A stretch of 64,000 nucleotides of DNA from Octopus vulgaris (GCA_951406725.2 OX597832.1:6138001-6202000); one strand, 5' to 3'. Counted from the stretch's first letter, positions 27,740 through 41,944 are shown. Numbers and translations: made by a program. The notes: generated by a model from the letters alone, not told the origin.

Positions 27740-28104
27740 ATGGCTCAGTGGTTAGGGCGTCGAGCTTACGATCTTGAGGTTGTGAGTTCGAATCACAGAC
27801 CGGACTACGTGTTGCATTCTTGAGCAAGGTACTTTATTTCACGTTGCTCCAGTTCACTCAGCCGTAGAAATGAGTCGTAGTCACCCACGCATATCGGCCT
27901 CCCCTCTCCACGCCACCAGTGTTATCCAAGGGAAAGGCCGATACAGCTTGGCACCAAGACGTAGCAGCTCATTTCTACAGCTGATTGAACTGGAGCAACG
28001 TAAACTAAAGTGCCTTGCTCAAGAACGCAACATGCAGTCCGGTCCGGGATTCGAACTCACAACCTCATGATCGTAATCTCGACGCCCTAACCACTGAGCC
28101 ATAT

Positions 28105-28147
<43 letters not shown>

Positions 28148-28345
28148 TAAATACATGCATATTCTACGTCCAGGTGTCGAGCTTTATCGACCTTTCCCTT
28201 GGATAACACTGGTGGAGTGGAGACGGGAGGCCGGTATGCATGGGCGACTGCTGGTCTTCCATAAACAACCTTGCCCGGACTTGTGCCTGGGAGGGTAACT
28301 TTCTAGGTGCAATCCCATGGTCAGTCATGACCGAAGGCGGTCTCA
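27686..28345. mobile_element. SINE (family C-type head) interrupted by an inverted copy of itself
   Basis: 27741-27875 is the reverse complement of 27968-28101; 27880-27943 is the reverse complement of 28186-28248. Confidence 0.85.
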
Positions 28346-28349
28346 GCTC

Positions 28350-28411
<62 letters not shown>

Positions 28412-28414
28412 CGT

Positions 28415-28805
28415 AAGAGTGACTGTGTGGTAAGAGGCTTGCTTCCTCACCACATGATTCCGGTTTCAGTCCTACTGCGTGGCACCTTCGGCAAGTGTCC
28501 TCTTCTGTAGCCTCAAGCCGACCAAAGTCTTGTGAATGGATTTAGTAGACGGAAACTGAAAGAAGCCTGTCGTATATATATGTCTGTGTGTGTGTCTTTG
28601 TGTCGGTGTTTGTCACCCCATTCCCGCTTGACAACCGGTGTTGGTGTGCTTATGTCCCTGTAAGCTTGCGGTTCGGCAAAAGTGACCGATAGAATAAGTA
28701 CCAGGCTTTAAAAAATAAGTACTTGGGTCCATTCATTCGACTAAAAATTCAAGGCGGCGCCCCAGCATGGCTGCAGTCTAATAACTGAAACAAGTAAAAT
28801 ATAAA
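28415..28805 (+). mobile_element. SINE family A copy
   Basis: Homologous to 3185-3592 over its whole length. Confidence 0.85.
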
Positions 28806-28924
28806 AGATATATGTATACATATGTGTGCATATATGTATATGTATGTGTATATATATGCATGTATATGTGTGTGTATGTATATGAATATATATATATATG
28901 CATAGGTATATATATGTCTGTATG

Positions 28925-28964
<40 letters not shown>

Positions 28965-31877
28965 ATTATGTATATGTATGTATATATGTATATATGTATG
29001 TATATGTATGTATATATATGAATATATATACATATATATGTATATATATTTATGTATATGTATATATATATATATATGTACATATATATGTATATATATA
29101 TATATTTATATGACTATATATAAATATAAATATATATGAATATATATCTATATATATATAAATATAAATAAATAAATAATATACATACATATTTAAATAT
29201 ATATGTATATACATATATATTAATATATATGCATATATATTGACTAACAGAAAAGCGTCCGGAGGGTGTTGTTTCTGCTAGTCATTATTTTGCTTAATGA
29301 AGTAGTAAATATAATATGATATAATCTGGTTCCTATTAAAACTTGCTTGTCAAGATCGGCATAACAATAATAGTACATGTGTACTCAGCTTTCGTTTATT
29401 CAATAATTTTAATGGACAAGTCAAAATACAACCAACATACACATTTTCTCTTGTCCATTTTGATAATCTCTTGCCTTATGCATCTTCATGAAAAAAAATC
29501 GACTAAATAGTCCATCAATTATCTGTACTTATTCGAACATTTAGGTGCACTTTTCGTTTCTTTGAAATGAAATACAATAACATCATTGAACTTTTCACTC
29601 GAACACACTTGTATATTCCTGGTATTGCTCAAGGATAAGATTTCCATATTTCAACTATAATATTCTGTATATCTCGCATTTGTACAAGACAAATATCTTA
29701 CGACTTAATTAGAATTTTGAAATCTTACTTTTAAAACAGCTTCTTATAAAACATCTCTAGCTGGAAAAAGAAAACATACAAACGCAAGGAATCTCACACT
29801 TGTGAGACTTAAATCACATCTGTTATTTACTATTTCTTCCTCTCCTGGTTTCTTTTAATCTTTTCTATTTCCACTTCTTTCTATAACATTCCGATTAATT
29901 TAATCTTGGTATCTTTTGACTAAGTATGTTTCAAGAAAAGGAGAAATGAGATCTAATGATCAAGAACTGTAGTGATGTTAATTGAAAGGAAATGGTCGAC
30001 GGCTCAACTTGCCGAGTGCTTCTTATTCTATCGTATTCGCTGCATACTTCATGGAATATTAATTTATTCATGACTGTCAGAAATCATTATCGTTTGTTGA
30101 TGGAGATCACAACTGAACTGTCTGGTTGATAGTTGTTATGTAACAAAGCTGAGTTAAAGGTTTCCTATAGCCTTGGAGATAAGAATATCAGAAGCCCCAT
30201 AGCTGAAGCATCTGTTGGGCCACTTGAAGGTGCGACTAGAAGATGTTAATTTCTCTCTCCTTCTCATTTTCTCTTTCTTCATCGAGCCTTATATTCATTT
30301 AACTACCTCTTTCTCTATATCATCCTTATACTTATTTCTTCACCTTTCAACTTTTTATTCTTATTTCTTTCTTCAGCTTCAACTCGAAAGTAATATTCTT
30401 TTTCACGACGAGTGCAGGGATATTCTACAGATGAGTCAAATCCGAAATCCGGTTTCTGTCAGCCTTTTAATGTAAAGTAGTTCTTTTAGAGTGTTAGGAA
30501 AGGAATGAATGTCTCAACGTCCTATTTTTCCTCTTTAAAATATAGGGCTTTTGCATCTCAGCAGAAAAAAAAATTTTCTTACACAAAGCAATCTTTTCTG
30601 TTTATTCAACCATATTGTTGATTCTCATATTTTCATCTCTCTTCGACATTTCTCTTTCAAGCTCTTTCCCACCTCTGCTTCTGTCAATTTAATTTTCAGT
30701 CGTGTCATTCACAGAAATCTTTGTTTCATTCTCAAACCGTCTATGGGAAAAGAAATAAATCGCTATTCAATCATGTACAATATTTGAACTTTTATTAAGC
30801 CACAAATATCACACAAAATATCACAACTTTACAGGCAAAAATTATCTGATTATTTGACTGTCAGAGAAATCGTGACAAAATATTCAGATTTAATAACAAA
30901 AAAATAATAGTTAGTCAGACTGAAGCTCTAAATTTATTGACAAGTTGCCCAAAATACAAATTAAAATCTGCTCGATTTAGTTTCAATAGATAGCTAAAAA
31001 GATTAAAAAATTGAAAATACGGGATGCATTTCTGAGATGTTTATCTCAAGATTTAACATTGCAAATTAGTAATAAACACCCCAGGAAATACGCAAGTTAA
31101 CACTGATACTAGCCAACACTGACTAATATTTCAGTTAGTATTATACAGTCAGAAGAAGGCATTCGAACAAAACAATTTCAATTTTCAGTTAAAACTATTT
31201 AATTTCCGTTATCGTTCAGTAAATAATTTGATTCTAGGTAAATACTCGTGGAAAACGTATGAAGAATTCTATAACAAAGATAAAAGAAACTGACATTGCT
31301 GCAATATAACCAGCTCTGTGTCGAGAAATAATGTCTTGGCAAGCAGGACCTGTGGCACCATTTTGATTCCCGCTTAAAATCCCAGTATACATATTCGGTA
31401 TACGGATGTATGTAAAGGGGTTTCGAGCAGAAATCAAGGGAAATAATTACACATAGTAACCTTATTCTATCCTATAACCGCCATTACAAATCTATAGCTT
31501 TATACTCAATTCTACAGAGTGAGTAAATCTATATTTGAGTATTCTTGTGTATAGAGATAAGTTCTTGGAGAACCAAATCAGCGGCCCGGTTTCAATTTCA
31601 AACTACAGTGCTTCTCTTCATCTATACTTCTAAATTATTGTTATTGTTGTTACCACATTGTCCTCATAACGGAGTTTAATATCTTCGTAAGTTTTACGCA
31701 TTTTCTGTCATTTTCGCCCTAAAAGGAATTTGTCTGCTGAAAGTTTTCATTATTTTGTGGAGAGACTCATACATAAAAACCATAAGTTTTGTGCATTTTT
31801 TAATTCCATAGTTTCTTTTTTAAAAAAGAAATATGGTTTTCAAGATTACATCGACTCCAGTGTTTCACTGGTACTTG

Positions 31878-31878
<1 letters not shown>

Positions 31879-31945
<67 letters not shown>

Positions 31946-31971
31946 GTTGTTGTTATTGTTGTTGCTGCTGC

Positions 31972-32023
<52 letters not shown>

Positions 32024-32040
32024 GTTATTGTTATTATTAT
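31879..32040. repeat. (TAA)n followed by (TTA)n/(TTG)n trinucleotide tracts
   Basis: Directly visible; gives poly-Ile pseudo-ORFs on both strands. Confidence 0.95.
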
Positions 32041-32260
32041 AGATGTCCTATGTATGATAAAAAGGGATGTCAGAAACATCTAGATAAGATCCTAGAACCA
32101 TGTCTCAGAGAAATCCAAGAGATTGTACTGACAAGTACTGCCCACATCCTTAGAAAAACCTTATCCATTTAAATGTTTGTGTTGCATTACATGAAAATAT
32201 TTCGTTACTTCCCCTCCCCAAGCTTTCAGTCATTCTGTAACACCTCTTATCCTTCGCTCG
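32035..32260 (+). mobile_element. Dong/R4-like LINE extreme 3' end
   Basis: gaaccatgtctcagagaaatccaagagattgtactgacaagtactgcccacatccttagaaaaacctta translates to EPCLREIQEIVLTSTAHILRKTLSI*, the IQKxVLLGTAHILRK-type C-terminus. Adjacent to TAA/TTA repeats. Confidence 0.7.
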
Positions 32261-32464
32261 CCCCATAATAATCCTTTCTACTAAAAGCACGAGGCCTAAA
32301 ATTTCAGGGGAAGAGACTTCACTGGTAGTTAATTTATCGACTCCGAAAGGATTAAAGGCCTCGGTGACATTTGAACTCAGAACGTAAAGACAGAAGAAAT
32401 GCCGCTAAGCATTTTTCCCGGCGAGCTAACAATTATACCCGCTTGCTGCCTTAATAATTGTAGT

Positions 32465-32842
32465 AACAAGAGCACTCAGAGAGCGCAATCCTCCGCCAAG
32501 GCAATACCAACGCCCTGTCAATGATTAGCCAGAGATGATTTTTAAAATTAGAATATCTGAAATAAACTCGACTGCTCTCACAAACGAGAATACTAAAAAT
32601 GAACCCGACCGCTCTCAAAAATTAAGTAAAAGAACCAGAAAAATAATCCAGAATCCTTGGATTCTAATCCAAGGATATTAGAATCCAAAAATCTAATCAG
32701 TTCGTACCAGTTACAGGGCCAAGCACCCCTGAAAGTTTCATCCGAAGCCATCCAGCGGTTCTTGAGATATCTTGTCCACGAACAAACAAATAAACAAACA
32801 CAACTGAAAACAATACCTCTACCTTCGCTAAGGTGGGGGTAA
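32465..32842. mobile_element. Helentron/DINE-1-like (HINE) non-autonomous element
   Basis: Starts aacaagag; subterminal cctccgccaagg; internal (AAAC)n; terminal hairpin acctctacctt-cgct-aaggtgggggt (32815-32840) followed by aa. Confidence 0.5.
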
Positions 32843-33072
32843 TGATGATTTCAAATTTTGGCACAAGGCCAACAGTTTCAGAGAAGAGGGTATGTCAATT
32901 ACATCGACCTACCCCAGTGCTCAACTGGTATTTATTTTATCAACTCCGAAAGGATGAAAGGTAAAGTCGACCTCGGCGGCATTTGAACTCAGAAAGTAAA
33001 GACGGACGAAATGCTGCTAAGCATTTTGTCTGACGTGCTAACGATTCTGCCAGGTCGCTAATAATAATGATG

Positions 33073-33134
<62 letters not shown>

Positions 33135-35209
33135 CCTCTCTACTGAAGACACAAGGCCTAAAATTTGGGGGGAAGGGAGCTAGTTGATTACAACAACCCC
33201 AGTGTTTCACTGGTTCTTAATTTATCCATCTCGAAAGGATGAAAGGCAAAGTCGACCTCGGCGAAATTTGAACTCAGAACGTAAAGGCAGACGAAATACC
33301 GCAAAGCATTTCACCCGGCGTGCTAAAGAGTCTGCCGGTTCACCGCCTCAGTAATATAATAATAATAAGAATAATAATAATAATAATAATAATAAATAAT
33401 AATAATAGTAATAATAATAACGACAACAACAACAACAACAACAAAAATAATAAGTAGCAGGACCACTGATGCAAAATATTGCATGTGAAAGTATCTCACA
33501 ATTCCTTGAATGCAACTAAAACTCATGTTTAGAGTATCGATGCATGGGAAACTGATCGATTGCATCCATTAAGTCAAGCTAGATGACCCGCACGTCTTTT
33601 CTTCCCTTTTGATCCGCTGAATAAATGCGCGCGCACACGCGCACACACGTGTATGTGTGTGTGCGTACGTTTGTGTACGGAGTTACACCAAAGAAGAGGA
33701 TTTTCTACAAGCTTCCGTGAACCAACACAGGGAGAATAATTGTACATTCCAATGAAGTACAAACAATTATTTTTACGTAGAGCTGTTAGCAAAAACTAGT
33801 TTGCTTGTTTTTTATAACTGATCAGATATATATTTAGTATCATTTTATCAATAAATTTATTTCGTATGTTATCATGATTGTTCTATTGTAAGCCAGCAAT
33901 CATAGATAATTTTTCAAATACTGTTTATAAATAGCGATTATATATTTAATTTAAAATCTATTAATGTCAAATGGCTTTATTTTCTATTTCGAAGCAAGAA
34001 ATTTAAAAAAATTACGTTGATAAACACGGACGGAGCCAAGTTGATTGGAGTCGACTTTCATCTAACCGCGATAAAAAGGCAAAATCGACTCCTGTGAAAT
34101 AAAATTATTTTGGCGACATATAAACCTAGATAAAACATGTAGCCTAATACACTCAATGGCCTTAGTTACTTCAAAGAGTGAATCCTTATATATAACGCAA
34201 AAACTACAGGAAAGAGAAAATAAGCTGCTGTGGCGGTCATGCAGTAGGAAGGATTGTCTTCAAATTAGATATCAGATATGAATGCTTGCAACCAAGAGCC
34301 GTGTGTTGGCATTAAACAGTGAGACAGAAGATGTCTAATACACCAAAGATGTCTAATACACCATAGTCCATTCGACGGCTTCTGCACAGTTTTCATCCAC
34401 TCAAATTTACTCAAGAGATGTTAGTCGATCTGAGGCTTTGAGAAGAAACATAGCCAGGTTCTAAAGCGGGCGAGCTCATGAAAAAGGCGCCATCACACAA
34501 ACCAAACTTCTCAATTTTTGAAAAAAACGCCAATCGGTCGCTCCCCTTGCGCCCTTTTTAGCTACGTCACTAGCTATGATAGAGTACACTTGCTCAAATT
34601 GCTGTGAAGTAAGAGAGAACCCGGAACTACATGATTGCGAACTGTTTGATCAAACGGTTATACTTCCACCTTACAAAGAATTAAAATTAAGTGTGACCAA
34701 ATTCGTAGAGCGGATACACTTGCTCTACGATGCTTGACAGCAATTTAAACATAACAGTGTCAGAAAGAAACCAGAGATAAATTTTCCCTCGTTTTACCAA
34801 CTGCTATACAATGTAATCTTAAGTTGTTGATGCATAAATTGTGAAGCCTTAAATATGAAGAGCATTTTTTCAGTAAAGAAGATAATAGATCTCAAATAAA
34901 TCAGGTAAAACTTTACTCTACAGTGTTCTTATAAGGAGACAAGCCTTAACAAAATAATCTGGCTCTAGAAACGGAGTCAAAAATTCAAAGTGACAATTAT
35001 TACACTACATGTAAGAATCTTTGTGTGAAATCTCTTCTACACATCAATTAGAAGTTTTGTTGATAAACAACTTGTATGATGCGAAACGACACATATGTAC
35101 TTAAGAAAAATACGCTTTCTTTTGTTCAAATGCTACAACTTAAGTTGTTTTGCTGTCCAGGATTAATAATGTGCACATATATATATATATGCACATATAT
35201 ATATATATG

Positions 35210-35283
<74 letters not shown>

Positions 35284-36340
35284 AGCGACGAGAGAGTCAA
35301 GGAGGAAGAGGGAGAGGGAGGGAACGGTGAAGATTTTCCAAGTTTTATATATATATATATATATATATTCAGCCGAAATTACGAGGATGATCCGGTTCTT
35401 GACTGAAGATAAAAGGCTTCGACTGAACCATCCTTGTTTTTGTTTTTTTGTATCGTCTATCTGGATGTTTTGTTGTCCCTTTTTGTATTACCTAGTTGTC
35501 CGGATGTTTTGCGTTCTTGCCCCACTTTGTATTTTATTATTTATATATATATATATATATATATCAGCACAAATGTTTGAATATTGTTAAAAAGCATTTA
35601 TTCAGAATTTTGTTATACACAGGTGTGATTAATAAAACAAGGCGAGGAATCATCTTTATTTTAACTTTTACATGTTTCAGTCATTGGACTGTGGTCATGC
35701 AGAGGGCATCACCTTGAAAGGTTTTAATGAAATTGACCTCAGTACTAACATTTAATCCTGGTGCATAGTTTATCAGTCTTTTGCCGAAGCACTGCAATAC
35801 CATACTAAGTAATAGATGTAATGGATAATTTCGTCTCAGATATATAAAGCACGAGATGATCACGGCTGGATGCCTTTAATTATATCTTGTCTGATCATGG
35901 CTGAGCATGAGTTAAGCACAAAGCAACACTAGTATTATTTTCATTCATTTAGTTTCTACACAAAATACTCGCCATTTCCAGTTAGTCATGCGTTTCACCC
36001 CTACCTTCTCTCACATTCATTACCATTTTTATTGCAAAGAGGATCAAGGGATAATTCAATATTCATTTATTTTGTATTGCAAAACATCGTATTACAAGTG
36101 TCTCGTCAGCTGATAACTCGAATTCTTAGACTGCTGATCATTACTACTTCTGTGAATGTCAACATAATGTTGCAGGCAATAAGAACTATTTCAGTAGTTC
36201 TTATCACCTCTTCTTGTTTCAGTAGAAGTTCACAAACACGTGTATGTAATGGAGATATTGCCACAATTAAAACAATACAACCTCGGCGAAATTTGAACTC
36301 AGATCGTAAGGAAGTGGAAGAAATACCGCTAAGCAATTTG

Positions 36341-36597
36341 GAAGAAGAAGAAGAAGAAGAAGAAGAAGAAGAAGAAGAAGAAGAAGAAGAAGAAGAAGAA
36401 GAAGAAGAAGAAGAAGAAGAAAAAGAAGAAGAAGAAGAAGAAGAAAAGAAGAAGAAGAAGAAGAAAAGAAGAAGAAGAAGAAGAAGAAGAAGAAAAAGAA
36501 GAAGAAGAAGAAGAAGAAGAAGAAGAAGAAGAAGAAGAAGAAGAAGAAGAAGAAGAAGAAGAAGAAGAAGAAGAAGAAGAAGAAGAAGAAGAAGAAG
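36341..36597. repeat. (GAA)n polypurine tract, ~257 bp
   Basis: Directly visible, with a few AAA interruptions. Explains the poly-E/K/R ORF 36032..36607. Confidence 0.95.
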
Positions 36598-36928
36598 GCT
36601 ACTGTAATCAGTAAGAAAGAAAATATCTACGAATAACTGACGTAGAATCTAGGATCTATCAAAGTGAGTTTCTGGTAATAGATTTAGGTTTATATTTTGG
36701 TCACTTAGAAACAATGGTTTTGTGATTATCTCAGAAGATTACAGCATAAAAGGAACAAAGTCGATTGAGCCTCATTGACGTTCTGACCTTGCTGGTATAA
36801 CAGCATTTCAGAGACCGGTTCTTTATCAGTTTACAGGCTCCAACTAGTCGACTATAGCCATCTGGGGTACCGATATCAAATATGTACGCCCGCAGTTGAA
36901 ATTAATCAGATCGGTCAGATACGGATTT

Positions 36929-36959
<31 letters not shown>

Positions 36960-37037
36960 GGGTTCGGTGAATATACTGTCGTTTAAATTACGCAAAATTG
37001 AAAATAACACTGACTACTCATTTTAACAGATATACCA

Positions 37038-37412
37038 TTTTACTTGTTTCAGTCATTTGACTGCGGCCATGCTGGAGCACTGCCTTTAGTCGAGGAAATC
37101 GACCCCAGGACTTATTCTTTGTAAGCCTAGTACTTATTCTGTCGGATTCTTTTGCCGAACCGCTAAGTTACGGGGATGTAAACACACCAGCATCGGTTGT
37201 CAAGCGATGTTGAGGGAGACAAACACACACACATATATATACATATATACGACAGGCTTCTTTCAGTTTCCGTCTACCAAATTCACTCACTAGGCTTTGG
37301 TCGGCCTGAGGCTATAGTTGAAGACACTTGCCCAAGATGCCACGCAGTGGGACTGAACCCGGAACCATGTGGTTGGTAAACAAGCTACTTGCCACACAGC
37401 TACTCCTGCGCC
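37038..37412 (-). mobile_element. SINE family A copy
   Basis: Reverse complement of 3185-3592. Confidence 0.85.
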
Positions 37413-40400
37413 TGATCAATTTACCAAAATTACATAAAAATATCTTGAAATACTGCCAAGCAGTACAGCACGTCGTTCCCAAATTTTTGACAGAGTGAAT
37501 TGCGTAATGGTGCAGTTTTTCTCATATGCAAAAATGAGTAGTACCTGTAATTCAAAGGGCTGGCCTTGTCACGTTCTGTGTCACACTGAATCTCCCTGGG
37601 AACTACGTTAAGAGTACACGTGTCTGTGGAGTGTTCGACCACTTGCACGTTAATTTCACGAGCAGGATCAGCTAGACCACTCGTCGTCGAAACCGACGGA
37701 GTGCCATACAATATTCATAAGCTTGAGTAGGTATCCATACAAATATAGACACATTTATATGTAAATGCATATATAAATGTGAATATATGTGTATGCTCTA
37801 TGTGCATATATGTATATTACAAACTCATATACACCAACATGGGCACGCATATGCAAACAGGTACGTATTCATGTATATAAACATGAAAACGTACACACGC
37901 ACATTCAGACATACATATATTCGTTGCCAGCCTTCTAAGACTTATTATGTCAAATTCTACAGACGAACAAACCATACTTAATATTATTAACACGGGGGAT
38001 TTGAGTAACTGAAGCCTTTTTCTGACGTCACACTGCTCTAGAGATTACTTGTCCTTCAATTCCTTAGAAAGTTCCTGGAATTTATGTCATATTTTCTCAC
38101 ACTAGAATTTTCTATAATTATCGTGTTTCGGTGGCAGAGGAATTTTTCCCTACTTTATTCATTTTTATTAGCTTTTGTTTGTTGGCGTTTTCGAAATTCT
38201 AATTATATTGCGTTATGTGTATACGTGCGTCTCTGAGGCTAACAGTTAATTAGTTTGACACAGCTTCAGACCACCGTTAGAAACGTTTACAGTTCATACC
38301 AGCGCTGTGTTTTTCTAAATCCATGGATAATACTCTTGGCTCGTAATGACTCACTCCACATAGCTGCAAATATATACTGCACTGTAGTATGGTTTATTGC
38401 AATAAGCAGTAATTTACAACTAAAAGGTGTTTCACTTACCCTAAATTTGTTGAATATAATAAAGGTTTTTAGCAATGCCCCGATAATAAATAAATTAGAA
38501 ACATCTTTTCGCTCATATGTAACTATGTATGAATAGAGGATCACATTCCTAGCTTAATTGCTTGCTTTTATTGTCCAGCTCTTGGTAGTCAATTCTGATC
38601 AAGAACACTTACAAACAAAAGTATTCCAGTTATGATCATCTTGTGTTATATTCAGGGCTGGTTTTAAGCCAATTTAATAGATTTGCTCAAATTGTGTCCC
38701 GCGCCAAGAAAGGTCCCCACGCACAAGCTTGAGCGGAGGATGCTATGATGAATTTTTAGCATGCCATTGTAGCTAATGGTGGAGCATCAACACTTTTTGG
38801 CTGAGATTGACGTACTACACGAAGTATAAAATATTAATCTTCAGTTTTGTAGAGTAAAGAACCCCATTGACAATTCTCTAATTGGGCCCCGCACTTCGTA
38901 GTTTGTTTTTTTCTGACACAGTATATAAGGGAAATCTGATTGCTTTTTCGTGCATGCCGAGAGACCACGTTGTGGTTAGGTACTTTGGTTAAATAAAGAT
39001 TCATACAGCATATTTCCTTGGAAAAAATACAAACGTTTAACTTTACTTATTTTTAAAAATCGTTTTACTCAGAGTTGGACCTGTGTAGCTACCAAAATAT
39101 AACCTTAGTACGTTAATAAAATATAACCTTTGTACCTAGTAAAATATGATCTATGTAAGTAGTAAAATTAGTCCCTTGTAGTAATAAATTGTATCGTTAG
39201 CATTTTTATAGTTTATTAGTTGGATATAAATGGAGCAAAAAACATTTATATGTTTTTATGGTCGGGCTAAATGACGAGTGATGAGATTCTCAGGATTTGC
39301 GAATTAGGTTTTACAAGGAGGTTTCTATGCTATGACACCCCCTTCTAGACGAATTTATGACAAAACATAAAGCGATAGAAAAGTATAGCGACAGAAAAGA
39401 ATAAAAGCTGTAAAGCAAATACTAATATAAAAAACAAGAGGCCTAGAAAGCGAGGATGTGTGAGATTCATGATTTTTCCAGTAATAAAGTCAGTGAAATG
39501 ATATCAACTGAGAATCGAAATTCAACCGGAGTGGGGTGGCATGTCGAAATATATCCCCTCCTTCGATACTTTCGATAGCTGAAGTCCCAGAATAAGGCAA
39601 TTGGATGTAGCTATTTGGACACTGACAATTCGGCACTGCTTACTCAATATTAAATCTGTTTTAGTGACAGTACTTTTTGGCACTGGAGATAAACACTCAC
39701 ACACGCACATACGCGCAGAAATATACTCATACAGATAGAAGGAGTAAGAGGGTGAGAAGGAGAAAGGAAGAGACATTTCAGAAATATACAAACCTAACTG
39801 GATGCTCACATGGATAATCAGAGAGAAAAAGGGGAGTTGAGGTTGTGAGAATGAGAGAAACATTAATACGAGAAAAACATTAAAACGTCTGTTGTCATAC
39901 AAGTCAGCATCGAATCAGCGACATCAAAATGGTTGTGCTAAAGCGTCTCCTACACTAAAAATTCATGTTGGTTTTTCTAGTGTAGTTAATTTTATAGGTA
40001 AAAGAACAATACTTTGTTGTGATTTTCGTATATTTACGAACATCTGCTGCGAAAAGAGTTTACCTTCATTCGCATAGCTGAACATCGCCACTAGAAAGAT
40101 TTATTGGTTCGAAATTACCTATCAAATTCTCTTCTAGCTGTATCTATATCTTTTATAGGCAAGTACTTATTCTCTATATCGATCTCTAGCTTTCTTTATC
40201 GGAAACCTGTTGCACAGCAAGCAGGAAATGCAACATTCAGAGAACAAACAGTAGATTTTTTTCCAATTGTTTCCGAATCATTGATATCGCTGGAAGCAAC
40301 AAAAACAAAATGGCAGTTATATGGTTGATATTTGTAAAGTCTTCTTCTTCTTGGTGGAATATCTATTCGATCGGTAATTTGCTGAAGGCGAAATTACTAG

Positions 40401-41696
40401 CGAGCATTCTTTATTTCTAAAGATTGCATTGCTCTAAATTAAGATAATATTATAGAAAAGGTTAATATATGTTAAACACCTGAAAATAAAAGAATTAGAT
40501 TAGTTCGGCTTGCTTTGAAATATAAATATCATAATTTTGTAAAAATGCTCCTTCTAAAAGACAACGGGAATATCTGACAAGAAATAATAGAAGTTCGATT
40601 ACAAGTTGGAGATATTCCACATCAATAACATCATTCATACCCTCCAGAAAAATGTCAAAGCACAATTTGCTCTCCATCTATACATCTAAGGAAAACAATG
40701 CAAGGGTCAGTATGAGAAATCGGTGTTTTGCTTATCTTAAAACCACTAATTTACATTAGTTTTCGATAAACAAGGAAAAGTATTTATCTGGTATTATAGA
40801 AATAAGCGTATGAAATATATGAAATATATAGCGGAGGTGAAATAGTTTGCAATACTCCAGCTTTTTCCATATATAAGCAAAATTGATTCAGTTGAGAAGA
40901 AAAACTCGTCTTCCAAGTGCCTGGTACTATCACAGCATATCTGGTACAAGGTCTTGTGCTAAGGGAAAATTGCTCTCATTCTAATATAGTACTGGTCCTT
41001 GTCAGGTTTTAAAATCAGAACATTGATATACTGACCTAGATATGTTATTCATCTGACTAACATTTTTGTTATCTGTTTCTACCTACATATCAATAAAAAT
41101 CGAGTCAAAACAGGAAGGTTGTACGTAGTCATTCAGTCTGCTGGAAATAGCAGTTAAATCTCTTTTAAACCACATCTTATCACATCTTACTATCTTTTAA
41201 AAGGAGAGAAGGCACATTGAACAATGTAGTCATACGTATACAAAAAGATGAGATTGTCACGGCCAGAATGCGTACGATTATAGTCTGCTCGATCGAAGCC
41301 GACTTCGGGACAGGTAACAGTAACAATAATTCAACAATTCCCATGCTTAATTACTAATAAATGAAGCCCTGTTGCATTAGTGTAAACTGTGACTTTGGTT
41401 ATCCTTAAGTTACATTTTAAAAAGATTTGAGACATTGAAAAAATCAAGAAAAAAGAAAAATCTCAATCTCATCTTAAACGCAGCTTCCTGTGACAGCGTT
41501 TCCTTGCGAATATGACACTTTTAATATGATGATTGTTATAAATTTTGGCACAAAACAAGCAGTTTCAGTATAGAAGCGATGAGTCACTCGATTATATCGA
41601 CCCCAGTACTCTAGTGGTACATATTTTATCAAACTTGAAACGATGAAAGGCAAAGTTGACCTCAGCGAGGCTTGAACTCGGAACGTAAAACCGGAG

Positions 41697-41809
41697 AAAA
41701 TATTTTCACCAATCATTAGTTAACAACATATAAAGAACGGAGTGTAAATCCAGAATTGGGGGAATCCGTTCTTTATATGTTGTTAACTAATGATTGGTGA
41801 AAATATTTT
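41697..41809. repeat. Perfect 45-bp inverted repeat with 23-nt spacer
   Basis: aaaatattttcaccaatcattagttaacaacatataaagaacgga (41697-41741) and its exact reverse complement (41765-41809). Confidence 0.95.
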
Positions 41810-41944
41810 TAATTCTTATAACATTTCCTTTGGTTCAAATTCTATTTTCACGATGTTCTGTAATGGCCGTCATTAAATGCGCTTTTCATATTATGTGGTA
41901 GGAACTAATATATAACTGAGTGGCTATACATAAGACGCTTTCGA

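Noticed and set aside
27741-27815. tRNA-like sequence with A and B boxes (also at 3187 and 18425)
   Set aside because: These are SINE heads continuing into SINE bodies; I could not fold a full cloverleaf.
36032-36607. 191-aa ORF with poly-E/K/R
   Set aside because: Translation of a SINE fragment plus (GAA)n.
40495-40690. Minus-strand ORF with nearby acceptor-like ttttccttag
   Set aside because: No recognisable protein motif and no partner exons.
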